Positions 12,535 to 26,235 of a stretch of DNA of 64,000 nucleotides are shown here, in pieces. Each line of letters opens with the position of its first letter. Position 1 is the first letter of the stretch. The stretch lies in the NCBI RefSeq assembly GCF_036365525.1, contig NC_090395.1, positions 71,253,232-71,317,231 of the forward strand. Reading direction: 5' to 3'. This DNA is from Heterodontus francisci. Its lineage: Eukaryota. The notes beneath the pieces were generated by a model that did not search any database, was not told the origin of the DNA, and saw only the letters and a program-made list of their open reading frames with translations. The position numbers and the translations under genes are program-made.

Positions 12535-14705
12535 TAAAAGCAAAATACTGCGGATGCTTGAAATCTGAAATAAAAACAAGAAATGCTGGAACCACTCAGC
12601 AGGTCTGGCAGCATCTGTGGAAAGAGAAGCAGAGTTAACGTTTCGGGTCAGTGACCCTTCATCGGAACTGACAAATATTAGAAAAGTCACAGGTTATAAG
12701 CAAGTGAGGTGGGGGTGGGGCAAGAGATAACAAAGGAGGTCTAGATTGGGCCAGGCCACATAGCTGACCAAAAGGTCACGGAGCAAAGGCAAGCAATATG
12801 TTAATGGTGTGTTGAAAGACAAAGCATTAGTACAGATTAGGTGTTAATACACTGAATATTGAACAGCAGCAAGTGCAAACCTGAAAAAAAAACAGTGGGT
12901 AAGCAAACTGAACAAACTAAGATGAAATGAACTAAATGCAAAAAAAAAGATTGTAAAAAATGTAAAAAAGAATGTAAAAAAAAAAGGAAGAAAAAAATAA
13001 CTAAAAATGAAAATAAAATGGGGGGCTGTCATGCTCTGAAATTATTGAACTCAATGTTCAGTCCGACAGGCTGTAGTGTGCCTAATCGGTAGATGAGATG
13101 CTGTTCCTCGAGCTTGCGTTGATGTTCACTGGAACACTGCAGCAATCCCAGGACAGAGATGTGAGCATGAGAGCAGAGGGAAGTGTTGAAATGGCAAGCA
13201 ACCTGAAGCTCAGGGTCCTGCTTGCGGACTGAGCGGAGATGTTCCGCAAAGCGGTCACCCAGTCTGCGCTTGGTCTCCCCAATGTAGAGGAGACCACATT
13301 GTGAGCAGCGAATACAGTATACTACATTGAAAGAAGTACAAGTAAATCGCTGCTTCACCTGAAAGGAGTGTTTGGGGCCTGGGATAGTGAGGAGAGAGGA
13401 GGTAAATGGGCAGGTATTACACCTCCTGCGATTGCAGGGGAAGGTGCCATGGGACGGGGACGAGGTGGTGGGGGTAATGGAGGAGTGGACCAGGGTGTCA
13501 CGGAGGGAACAATCCCTTCGGAATGCTGACAGGGGAAGGGAGGGGAAGATGCGACTAGTAGTGGCATCACGCTGGAGGTGGCGGAAATGGCGGAGGATGA
13601 TCCTTTGGATATGGAGGTTGGTGGGGTGAAAAGTGAGGACAAGGGGAACCCTGTCACGGTTCTGGGAGGGAGGGGAAGGGATGAGGGTAGAGGTGCGGGG
13701 AATGGGCCGGACACGGTTGAGGGCCCTGTCAACCACAGTGGGGGGAAATCCTCGGTTGAGGAAAAAGGAGGTCATATCAGAAGCACCGTCATGGAAGGTA
13801 GCATCATCAGAGCAGATGCGTCGGAGACGGACAAACTGGGAGAATGGAATGGAGTCCTTACAGGAGGTAGGGTGTGAAGAAGTGTAGTCGAGGTAGCTGT
13901 GGGAGTCGGTGGGCTTATAATGGATATTAGTAGACAACCTATCCCCAGAGATGGAGACAGAGAAGTCGAGGAAGGGAAGGGAAGTGTCAGAGATGGACCA
14001 TGTAAAGGTGAGAGAAGGGTGGAAATTGGAAGTAAAGTTGATAAAGTTTTCCAGTTCGGGGCGGGAGCAGGAAATGGCACCGATACAGTCATCGATGTAC
14101 CGGAAAAAGAGTTGGGGGAGGGGGCCTGAGTAGGACTGGAACAAAGAATGCTCGACATATCCCACAAAAAGACAGGCATAACTAGGACCCATGCGGGTAC
14201 CCATAGCAACACCTTTTACTTGAAGGAAGTGCGTGGAGTTGAAGGAGAAGTTGTTCAATGTGAGATCAAGTTCAGCCAGGCGGAGGAGGGTGGTGGTGGA
14301 TGGGGACTGGTTGGGCCTCTGTTCCAGGAAGAAGCGGAGAGCCCTCAACCCATCCTGGTGGGGATGGAGGTGTAGAGCGATTGGACATCCATAGTGAAGA
14401 GGAGGCGGTTGGGACCAGGAAACTGGAAATTGTCAAAATGACGTAGGGCGTCAGAAGAGTCATGGATGTAGGTGGGAAGAGACTGGACCAGCGGAGAAAA
14501 GATAGAGTCAAGATAGGAAGAAATAAGTTCAGTGGGGCAGGAGCAGGCTGACACAATGGGTCTGCCGGGTCAGTCCCGTTTGTGGATTTTGGGAAGGAGG
14601 TAGAAGCGGGCTGTCCGGGGTTGTGGGACTATGAGGTTGGAAGCTGTAGAGGGAAGATCTCCAGAGGAGATGAGGTCAGTGACAGTCCTTTGGACGGTCA
14701 TGCCA
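12535..14705 (-). mobile_element. Penelope-like element (Neptune-type), 5'-truncated: RT plus GIY-YIG endonuclease, with 3' terminus
   Basis: RT motifs FTMDVQSLYTSIP, GVAMGTRMGPSYACLF and RYIDD. Cys linker PCNRRRCNTCP and GIY-YIG VVYCIRCSQCGLLYIGETKRRLGDRFAEH..GLN. One frameshift near 14350, stop at 13029. 13-bp TSD TAATGTCCAGAAA at 12522-12534 and 14706-14718. Confidence 0.95.
12633..12669 (-). ncRNA. Minimal type I hammerhead-like motif in the PLE terminus (variant core CCGAUGA)
   Basis: AGTT-CCGATGA-A-GGGTC-ACT-GACCC-GAAACGTT-AACT. PLE termini are known to carry minimal hammerheads. Confidence 0.65.
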
Positions 14706-15384
14706 TAATGTCCAGAAACACTTCTTCCCACAAAAAATTGTGAAAATCTGGAACTCTCTCCCCCAAAAAGCTGCGAGTCTGGGGGTCAATTGAAAATTTC
14801 AAAATGGAGGTTAATACATTTTTTTTTTGGTAAGGATTATAGAACCAAGGCAAGTAAATAGAGTTAAGACACAGCTAAGCCATGATCTAACTGAATGGCA
14901 GAACAGACCTGAGGTACCAAATGGCCTCCTCCTGTTCCTACGTGCCACATGCAGGAAATAAGGAGGAGAATGAACAAAGAGTTGACAATGGTCCTCACTC
15001 ACTCCCAGGATGCTCCATTGGTGTACCACCTACTTTGCGGTTACCTTCCGACCTCAGCTGGTAATTGCAGCACCTGCTATAGAAGTGAGACATGACATTA
15101 AGGGCTGTAGATGCTGTATATCACAGTGCCATACACTCATAAACCAGCTCCCCATTCCACCACAGCTCCCCAAATCAGTCATGCCATATCCCCTATCCCA
15201 AATTCCAAACATGACTCCTATAGTGAAAGTTGAAATGTTTAAGATTATGGCCACATACTGTGGGTGGGAGGTTGTGATCCCAATGTAGAGAATGTAGCCA
15301 GGCTTCCATTGTCTCAGCTTTCATTATAGCAGTAGACTAGATCTGGAGTGTGCAGTGGCTGCACTTTTAAAGAAATAAAAGGAA

Positions 15385-15800
15385 GCCTTTCGTTTCTATG
15401 GAAACTTTCATAACCTCAGGGTATCCCAAAACACTTTGTAACCATTAAGTACTCTTGAAGTGTAGTCACTGTTGTAATGTAGGAATGTGGCAGGAATTTG
15501 CACACAAACAGTAATGTGATAATGGCCAAATAATCTGTTTTAGTGATGTTGATTGATAGATAAATATTGGCCAGGACACCAGCAATAATTCTCCTGCTTT
15601 TCATCAAAATAGTGCCCAGGGATCTATTATCTCCACCTTAGATGGCAGACAGGGCCTTGGTTTGACAACTTATCTAAAAGATGCTATCTCCAACACTGCA
15701 GCATTCCCTCAATGAGAGTATCAGCCTGGATTTTTATACTCAAACCCTGGAATAGGACTTGAACCCACAACCTTCTAACTGAGAGGTAAATGTGCTACCT
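15385..15800 (-). mobile_element. Deu-domain SINE
   Basis: Reverse-complement match to 25770-26235 (TAAATATTGGCCAGGACACC, GGACTTGAACCC). Confidence 0.75.
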
Positions 15801-15899
15801 GCTGAACCACAGCTGATGTTGAGATGGAGGATGTTGCAGTCTTATTGAGAGCATTCCAATGTGTTCGTCGTCATCTTCAAACAAGCCACAAATGTCAAA

Positions 15900-16113
15900 A
15901 TAAAAGCAAAATACTGCAGATGCTGGAAATCTGAAATAAAAACAGAAAGTGCTGGAAATACTCAGCAGACCAGGCAGCATCTGTGGAGAGAAAAGCAGAG
16001 TTAACACTTCAGAATTCTGATGAAAGGTCACAGACCTGAAACGTTAACTCTGCTTCACTCTCCACAAATGCTGCCAGACCTGTTGAATATTTCCAGCATT
16101 TTCTGTTTTTATT
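15900..16113. mobile_element. Fold-back Penelope-terminus element (copy E)
   Basis: Inverted arms with canonical CTGATGA-A-AGGTC-ACA-GACCT-GAAACGTT-AACTC at 16017-16050. TSD CCAYAAATGTCAAA at 15886-15899 and 16114-16127. Confidence 0.85.
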
Positions 16114-16127
16114 CCATAAATGTCAAA

Positions 16128-16855
16128 TCCTGGAAACATCCTTGTAAACCTTTTTGGCAATTTCCCTAGTGCTTCAATATCCCTTTTGTCGCCTGGAGAC
16201 CAGAACTGTATCCAATACTCCAAGTGTGGTCTAACCAAGCTATGTCTAAATTTAGGATTTCCTTTTTGCACTTACATTCTATTGCTCTAGAAATGAACCC
16301 TAGTTCCTGGTTTGCACACTTTCCAGTCTTACCAACTTGTGCCCCTACTTCTAGTCATTTATATATTTGTATTCGGGACCATGCAACTCCACCCAATTTA
16401 GTTTCTTGCCTCCCAAGGAATAAATGGCCTCCTTATTCCTCGTACCAAAATGAACCACCTTGTATTTTAAAATTTTAATTGCCATTTATCCCCTCACTCT
16501 GCAAGCCTGTTTACTACCTTTCTATATTTTGGTGCAGTCCTACACATAATGAGCTATAATTCCCCCCTCCCCCCCCCCCCCCCATTTTATATCATCTGTA
16601 AATTTTGACACTATATTTCCAATTGTCTAAATTGTTTCTATATATGGTGAATAACAGTGGTCCCAGCATGGATCATTGTGGGATACCACTTCCCACTCTT
16701 TGTCAGTAGGAGAAACAAACTTCCCTTAACCCCTGCCCACTGTTTTGTAACCATCTTTTAATCCATTCTGCTACCTGACCACTGACTCCACACTCCCTGA
16801 TCTTCATCACGAGTCTCTTATATGGCACCTCATCGAAGGCCAATTGAAAGTCCAT
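16128..16855 (-). mobile_element. Old CR1 RT fragment
   Basis: SLVRPHLEYWIQFWSPGDKRDIEAL..KRFTRMFPG peptide and a degenerate GVPQGS motif near 16660-16690. Confidence 0.7.
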
Positions 16856-16867
16856 TAGTATCAAGAG

Positions 16868-17883
16868 GTGGAGGATTTTTAAACATTGCTTAAGAGTTGG
16901 TGACGGCGATTTTCAGCAGCACCTTTCAGGACGTAATGATCCTACGAGGTGGCCAAGATGGGGTCATAAGCTGAAATGCTGGTTCAGCTCCATTTAGCAT
17001 AAGACGCCACCTTGTTAAAGGATTTGAAGCCTGCACTAGGAATGGCTCCCCGGAAGTTCATTAAACAACTGATTGCCACTAAAAATGCCTGCTAGCATTC
17101 ATTAAAGAGATTATATGACATTTTGGTGGCTAGCAATTGTCTTAACACACTCTCCTAACAGTGACTAGCTGTTTGGGAGTAAACATGGCATTGATCTCAA
17201 TTTCAAGAACTACTTAAAGAAATATTCACAATTTCATGACGACTGCTGCTGGAGCTGTGAAGAGGATCTCTGAAACACATCGGGAGACTCTGTGCGACAC
17301 TTTGTCTAGACTTCACCAACACACGAGCAGCATTTATTCTGGAAATTCTCTGAGGACTTCACCTCAAAAAATTAAGTGCTGTGCTACCCCACCTTATAGG
17401 AGTCACCAGGAGGGAGTGCTTGGTCATGGGCATCTTGCTAGGAGACTCCTTCGGTCTGGACGAGGATATGTGGGCAGGCAGAGCAGCACCAGCTGCTGCA
17501 GGAGAAAAGGACAGAAGGGCAAGATGGCATCTTCCACTCCCTGTGGGTACAGGACATCTCTACTGGACCTCCTCCAGCAGGAGGATCTGCAATGCTACAT
17601 CCAGGAACCTGTGCACCCTTTACCTTGGTCCCTGAACCAGCCTGCAATGTACTGCTGGGTGCCAACGTGAACATTCCACATGTTCAGTGGAAGTAGGTGT
17701 GAGGAGCCCACATATACTGCTCCACATAAAATGCGTCCAATCAGGCTTCAGTGCGAAACCTACATGTTCTGGTTTAGCATCACCAGGCAAATTCAAATTA
17801 TTGTATTCAAGTAGGAGCAAAGTCATGTGGTAAATCATGTGTTGAAACACAGCACAGCACCCAATTAGCACCTGAAATTCCCT
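16868..17883 (-). mobile_element. Possible degraded PIF/Harbinger derivative with Myb/SANT-like ORF remnant
   Basis: Minus strand ~17620-17540 translates, with a stop and a frameshift, as RVHRFLDVALQILLLEEVQ*R/DVLYPQG. This resembles the start of Harbinger Myb/SANT proteins. Ends are not clearly defined. Confidence 0.3.
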
Positions 17884-17917
17884 TTAGTTAAAATAACTCC
17901 CGTGGTCTTTTTTATCA

Positions 17918-19697
17918 CTAAGTGAGTCTGGGGAATTAATAATGGATAATAAGGAGATGGCAGATGAATTGAACAGATATTTTGCATCGGTCTTCACTAT
18001 TGAGGATACAAGTAACATCCCAGTATTAGCTGTGAGTCAGGAAATGGAAGGGAGGGAAGAATTGAAGAAAATTACAATCACCAGGGAAGTGGTACTGAAC
18101 AACTTGTTGGAGCTGCGGGCTGACAAGTCCGTGGGTCCTGATGGACTTCATCCTAGGGTGTTAAATGAAGAGGCTAGTGAGATAGTTGATGCGTTAGTTT
18201 TAATTTTCCAAAATTCCCTAGATTCGGGGAAGGTTCCATTAGATTGGAAAATAGTGAATGTAATTCCTTTATTCAAAAAGGGAGGGAGAGAGAAAGCAGG
18301 AAACTACAGTCCAGTTAGTTTAACATCTGTCTTAGGGTAAATGTTAGAAGCTATTATTAAAGACGTTATAGCAGGGCATTTAGAAAAATTCAGGGGAATC
18401 AGGCAGAGTCAACATGGTTTTGTGAAAGGGAAATCATGTTTAACCAATTTATTGGAGTTCTCAGAGGGAGTTACATGTGCTATGGATAAAGGGGAACCAG
18501 TGGATGTACTGTCCTTAAATTTCCATAAGGCATTTGATAAGGTGCCACATCAAAGGTTATTGCAAAAAATAAAAGCTCATGGTGTAGGGGGTAACATACT
18601 GGCATGGATAGAAGATTGGCGAGCCAACAGGAAACAGAGACTAGACATAAATGGGTCATTTTCTGATTGGCAAGATGTGACGAGTGGTGTGCTACAGGGA
18701 TCTGTGCTGGGGCATCAACTTTCTACAATTTATATAAATGACTTGGATGAAGGGACCAAAGGTATGGTTGCTACATCTGCTGATGACACAAAGATAGGTA
18801 GGGAAGTAACTTGTGAAGAGGACATAAGGACGCTACAAAGGGATATAGATAGGTTAAGTGAGTGGGCAAAGACCTGGCAAATGCAGTATAATGTGGGAAA
18901 GTGTGAAATTGGCCACCTTGACAGGAAGAATAAAAAAGAAGCATATTATCTAACTGGTGAGAGATTACAGAGCTCTGAGATGCAGAGGGATCTGGGTGTC
19001 CTAGTGCATGAATCACAAAAGGTTAGTATGCAGGTACAGCACGTAACTAGGAAAGCTAACAGAATGTTATCATTTATCGCGAGCGGAATTGAATACAAAA
19101 GTAGGGAGGTTATGCTTCAGCTATACAGGACATTGGTGAGACCACAACTGCAGTACTGTGTACAGTACTGGTCTCCTTATTTAAGGAAGGATGTAAATGC
19201 ATTGGAGGCAGTACAGAGAAGGTTTACCAGACTGATACCTGGAATGGGTGGGTTGTCTTACAAGGAAAGATTGGACAGTTTAGGCTTGTATCCGTTGGAG
19301 TTTAGAAGAGTAAGAAGCAACTTGATTGAAACATATAAGATCCTGAGGGGTCTTGACAGGGTGGATGTGGAAAGGATGTTTCCTCTTGTGGGAGAATCTC
19401 GAACTAGGATTCACTGTTTAAAAATAAGGGGCCGCCCATTTAAGACAGAGATGAGGAGAAATTTTTTCTCTCAGAGGGTCGTGAGTCTTTGGAATTCTCT
19501 TCCTCAAAAGGCAGTGGAAGCAAAGTCTGAATATTTTTAAGGCAGAGGTAGATAGATTCTTGATAAGCAAGGGGGTGGAAGGTTATCGGGGGTAGGTGGA
19601 AATGCGGAGTAATCAGTTCAGCCATGAACTTATTGAATGGCGGAGCAGGCGCCAAGGGCCGAGTGGCCTACTCCTGCTCCTAATTCGTATGTTTATA
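17918..19697 (+). mobile_element. CR1 LINE, 5'-truncated ORF2 (RT) pseudogene
   Basis: ORFs 17942..18340 and 18341..19540 are one frame with an internal stop: GPDGLHPRVL, QHGFVKGKSCLTNLLEF, KAFDKVPH, QGSVLG, SADDTK. Confidence 0.95.
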
Positions 19698-21699
19698 ATA
19701 ATAGTTTGTTCCCCCCTCCCCCGCCAAGGCTCCCTGTCCTCAGCGACCCCCTCCCCCAACCTTCCCCCGAGCAATTTACTGCAAACAGTGAAGCAGCTGC
19801 TTTAAATACAGGCTGCCCACAGTCTGAGATTCTGGTGACCGGTTTCATTAGTTTGTGAAAGCAGACAGTAGAGGGTGGTGGCAGTGGCTGCCTGGATTAC
19901 CTGTTGCACAGTCAATGCAGCACCTTGTCCAACTCATGTCCAAATCAATGGGTTGTCCTTGATATCATTCTCCATTCCCTCCTCGCCTATCAGTTCATTG
20001 GGCTGTAATATTATTTTCAGATATTTGCCAACAATCCCCACAGTGAGAAAAGTCACACAAAACGCACAAATCTCTCAGATTCAAAACACAAATAGTTCTT
20101 CATGTGTCTGAATAGATTTAACTACAAGCGATATTGAATTTATCCCTAAGCTCCCACTGACAGTGGATACAAATGATATTAATTTTAAAAATATATAAAA
20201 GAAGAAGATTTAGCGCAAATGTTGCCTAAAAGTACCTAGGCTCCGAAAGTTACTGGACCTTCTTATCTCTACGTTTGTATCCCGGAAACATTCCTCCCCA
20301 AGTAATTGAAATGAGTTTGGTTTTACACATGAGTGGCCCGGCCAACTTCCTTATCAACACTGATTTATCTTTCATGTGTGAAGAGGTAATTTAATGGAAA
20401 CAGTGAACATTTCCAGTTAGATACCGGGCTGGTCTCTTCCTTCCAAGCATTGCTTAGTTTCAAAAGGTGCAATTTGCAGCGAATAATTATTATCTATTAA
20501 CAATGTCTGTAAAATTTGCTCTCCCTTTTAACAGGACACAGTACATGACTTTCAATTGGTTACCAATCGCTTTTGTAGTGAATTAGTTGTTAATGAGTTT
20601 GGAAACCATGAAGAAGTTTTGAAAAATGAGAAGGTGTGGGAGAAATTTATCACAATGCAGTGATACAGCCGTGCTAATCCACCCCTGCTCAGAATGCCAT
20701 TTAGAAAAGCAAGGATTCGGCAAGAGCTCAATTGCAGTTTTTACGTGGAAACTGCGCCATCTGTCTATGTAAAAGAAATCGTTCACAACTCATTCCTCAC
20801 AATAAAAAGTTAATTAATTCAATCCAGTAACACATTACAGCCAAAAAATTAGCATTCTGTTGGAAAGGCTCCCGCAGGTCCTAAATATTGAGCACTTGAT
20901 CTTTATCTTGTGTTTACAATTTTCAAAAATAAAATTTTAAACACAGAAAGAAGTCTAAATACCTGGTTGTGGGGAGTCCGTCCCGTCTCTTCCATTCCCA
21001 AGACCTGGAGAATCTGCCTATTTCTAGTGCGTTTTGATTTTATCTCAGTTTTCCAACATTGTTTTCTGTATATATCTAGCAAGGTCGCTGTTATTTCAGT
21101 AGTAGCTATGCCCGTGTTTAATCGTTCTGTCTTGCCCAAGACAGTCTTTTTGTTGCTCATGTGGGACAAAACCAAAATGCTGCAGTTGCCGGAAATCTGA
21201 AATAATTATCTGGGACATTGTTCCCAGAATAAAACTGAGCCGGAGTGAGTTACCTGCTGCTGAATGGCAAAAGCCACTCTTCCCTGTGTGCCTGCTCTTT
21301 TTTACATCGACAACACAAGCACTAATAAACCCTCAAAAATCAATATAACAAATAACTCCAGGGAGAAAGTTGCGAGGCAAAAACCCAGGGAAACACTGAG
21401 GGAGAGTTGGAACTGGGTGACTTGCAATGGGTGTAAGGGGGTGGAATTCAGCAAACATTTGGGAATTCTAAGACAGACTGGTTTGGGAAGGGCTGCAGAG
21501 GACACCGCTGACATTACTGAAGAATGATGTAGACTTTAGATGCATTTATTCCGGAGTTTATCAGTGCCTAGACAAATGCTTTATAGATTTATAAGGAATG
21601 AGACACGTGCAAGTCATTTCTGTAACTGCAACGTGTCCAGAAAACAGATACATCTGTTGATTTTTTTTTATCCTGACGGTAAAACTATACATGAGTGGG

Positions 21700-22650
21700 G
21701 TTTCAAATTCCGCCCCCCCCCCCCCCTCTTTAATTCTACAACTAATACTACATTAACCGAGAAAACCAGTCGTGAAGGGAGCAGTGATTCTCGCAGTGCA
21801 ACAGATCCAATGGCTCCCCTCAGCCCAGCCAAGGTGAGTTTTCAGCCGCTCTCCTCGGGACCTTTACACCCATGTGTTCTATTAGCCCCATGGGAAGGTA
21901 TCCTCATTCTGATCCTTGCATAGAAGGCGCCTGTTGTTCGTGCGCGTTGAGAAATAGATTGAATCAGTGAAAGATAATCATGTCTCTCGGTTTCGGTGTA
22001 GATAATCCAGCCTGCAATAGGGTAGAAGCTTTCACCCTGGTTATATATACAGCATCTAACAGGTTGTGAATTGTAAAGGTTGGATCGTCCCCTCCCCCAC
22101 CCCCCCCCCCCCCCCCCCCCCCGCCCCCCTCTCTCTCTCTCTCTCTCTCACTCTCTCTCTGTCATACTACGTCTCTATGGGCTAGGTACAGTGGCTCAGA
22201 GGCACCGCCAGAGCCGAGGGAGACCACTGTCCATCATTCCAGGCTAAACATGCCATCACAACCCTGACCCGCCTATCGCAGCCGTGCCATTTAAAGTAGA
22301 GAACGACAGAGAGCGAGAGAGAGAGAGAGAGAGAGAGAAGGTAATAAGTCAAACATTTGGAAATAACCATAATAAAACATAAACCTGTTACCTTAGCCTG
22401 CGAGCAAAGTAAGTAGAGGGGAAAAAAATCCGTGACGACCAAGCACAAAAAGGCAGTGACACCGGCGGGACTGGCGCAGCTGATTCTGTGCGCTGACTTC
22501 TCGCTCCTCTTGACTGTATCTTCACCTGGCTCCTCGCTACTGCGGGATTTACCTTCCCATTGAAGAGTTTTTTATTTAAATTCTTTTGTCCTCGAGAAGA
22601 AGGATTGTCCCTGTAAGCAAGACTGAGTCTCCCTCCCATTCCCAAGGTAA
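21700..22650 (+). promoter_or_regulatory. KCND3: Probable KCND3 promoter and non-coding first exon(s)
   Basis: Repeat-poor, locally CpG-richer region upstream of the acceptor at 23400. Consensus donors AAG|GTGAGT (21833/21834) and AAG|GTAAGC (22646/22647). The TSS cannot be determined from sequence. Confidence 0.45.
22089..22338. repeat. Poly-C tract and (CT)n, followed by (GA)n microsatellite
   Basis: C runs at 22089-22128, (CT)n at ~22128-22160 and (GA)n at ~22308-22338. Confidence 0.9.
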
Positions 22651-23439
22651 GCCCTGTATCTTTTTTTTTAAGAATGAAGCGAACACGCTTCTGTCCAAAG
22701 TTTCCGAGGTTCTCTTTACAGAGACTCTGTTGCAAGCTTAACCAGCCTGCAGTTCCTCTGTTTTTTTAAAACAACTATGTCCATAAAATGAGGGGTCGGT
22801 TGAGTCGTTTCTGCAATGACATTGCCCTTTTCCATGCTTTGTGTTCTTTTTATTGTAATTGTTCTCTATGATTGGAGATGTTTTTAATGGGAGAAAGGGG
22901 AGGAGTCATTGATCTTATCTTCAAAAACGTGTGTCAGGTCTCCTCAATCATCTCCCATACAGCTCCTCTACTTGTTTTCCCATCAGCAAGATGCCTGTCC
23001 TTCATCAGACACAGCAGAGCTGTCAGTTGTAATGGTAAGACATCAACAGCCCATCAGCCAGCTAGAAAACAGAAGATTTGTCTTTTAATAAATCAAAAAA
23101 GTCAGTTAGAATGTGGTTAAGAGTAACTAACATCATTAATTGGAACCCTGTTTGCAAACTGAGGAAGGGGATCCAAGGCGACAGTCTGTAGTGATAACTG
23201 TGTTGAGTTGTTAATGCATTTGCAGTTTTACGCATTTACAATGATTGTCTGACAAACAGGAGGACTTTTAAGCAGTGGAGATATTGGCTGGGTGGCATTG
23301 CATTGTGATAACTTTGTCCCGCAAATGTCGAAATGATAGACAATGTGTGTTGCTGAAGACTGATCTTGAGATGGAAATTGGTTTCTGTCTTCACTTTCAG
23401 ATGTCGCCTAGTCGCCAACGAAGGTTCTTCTCACTGTAG

Positions 23440-24588
<1,149 letters not shown>

Positions 24589-25571
24589 TAGGTCCTATTT
24601 TTTCACCCTTTGTTGTGATTGATACATATCAGTTTTCCAAACGCTACCCTGTCTCCGTGTGAGACCATTGGCTCCAATGTTCAACATGTATGTTTACCCA
24701 AGTGGCGCCTGCCTCAATAATCAAGAAATTGTGCGGATTTTTACAAGGCACTAACGTTATTCAGCTTTCAAAATAATCTTTAATTAATAGATGATAAACG
24801 CGCCTTTTATTTAGTAACATGGGGCAAAGCGTTGAAAGTAGAAAGGATTAACTAAATATCGCCTTAGCTCCAGAATACAGGTATAACTTGGTTGATTTGA
24901 CGAACAATCTGGATATTTGTAATTACATTCTCAGAATTAGCACTGTTTAATCTCCTTTTCTAAGCAGTACCAGGCATTACCAATAGTTATTGCATCGCAC
25001 TGAAACAGAAAGGCAGGACCAGATATTAATCTTCGTCAGGCAGGGAATGAGAAAGTTTATTTCACAAGGAGACTGTGCAAACGAATGAGTGAAAAATGAC
25101 ACGTAGGCTGTTAGAACTTAAACGGTGCTTATGTCTCTCTTAGTTACTGGCCATTTTCCCTAGTTACTGCACGCTTCCACTATAAGGCAATGGGTTAAAA
25201 GCCATCCCTAGAGCATTTTATCTATTGTAACACCAACTCTTGTATTTCATTTAATCAAGAAGGAACATAGAAAAAGCACTTGTAATTTCTGCTGTTCATA
25301 AAACGGTCTGTATAGCGCAATAAGACGATAGATTTTCTTGCAATAAAGGGCTGACTTGCTTTGAGAAAAGATCAGGCTGTCTATATAATCTGACAGATGT
25401 TTCGACGATATACAATGTGACACACACAAATAAAAATGTTTTCTCAGAACTCTCGGGCTAATGACCTTGAGGCTTATTTGTTGGAGTGAGAAGACTTATG
25501 ACAACAGTAATAAAGTTTTTACAAGAGAACTTCGTGGCTGAAGTGCTACCTGGTGTTGAATGCTGATTACA

Positions 25572-25592
25572 GCCCCTGTCCGTGGTGCTGAA
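25572..25592 (-). promoter_or_regulatory. RE1/NRSE silencer (REST/NRSF site)
   Basis: Minus strand TTCAGCACCACGGACAGGGGC versus consensus TTCAGCACCACGGACAGCGCC: 19/21, with the first 17 nt identical. Confidence 0.9.
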
Positions 25593-25767
25593 CCTCGGTT
25601 CCTGCATTTCCAGTAAGGTAGCTGCAAATTGGCGGTGAAATTGGTCATTTCTCGGAACGATGGTTGTTCGTGCGTTTCATGCTGTCCTTCTCGCAGACTT
25701 CAATTTTTTTTTTGGCGATATGTTACTGCTACATCGAACAAGGACGATCTAAGTTACTTTCTTTGTC

Positions 25768-26235
25768 AGCCATGATTCATTGGGTAGCACTCTTGCTCCT
25801 TAGTCAGAAGGTAGGGGTGTCACCTTCCACTCCCGAGATTCGATCGCATAACCCAAGGCTGACACTCCCATTGCCAGTACTGAGGGAGTGCTGCCCTGTC
25901 GGAGGTGCCCTCTTTTGGATAAGGCCTTAATCCAAGGACCTGTCTGCCCTCCCAGGCTGGTGTAAAAGATCCCATGGCACTATTTTGAAGGTGAGCAAGG
26001 GGCGTTCTCCCTGGCGCACTGGCCAATATTTACCCCTCAACCAACATCATTAAACAACAGATTATCTGGTCATTATCTCATTGTTGTTTGTGGGAGCTGG
26101 CTGTGTGCAAGTTGGCTGCTGCATTTCCTACATTACAACAGTGACTGCACTTCAAAAAGTACTTTGTTGGCTGGAAAGTGCTTTGGGACATCCTGAGGTC
26201 ATGAATGGTGTTGTAGAACTGGAAGTTCCTTCATA
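25768..26235 (+). mobile_element. Deu-domain SINE, near full length
   Basis: CAGTACTGAGGGAGTGCTGC..GTCGGAGGTGCC..GTAAAAGATCCCATGGCACTATTTTGAAG body and L2-type tail. Confidence 0.85.

Larger units (their letters stand above)
12230..14945 (+). mobile_element. CR1 3' fragment split by the Penelope insertion (12230-12534 and 14706-14945)
   Basis: CR1 motifs are collinear on both sides of the duplicated TAATGTCCAGAAA. Confidence 0.7.
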
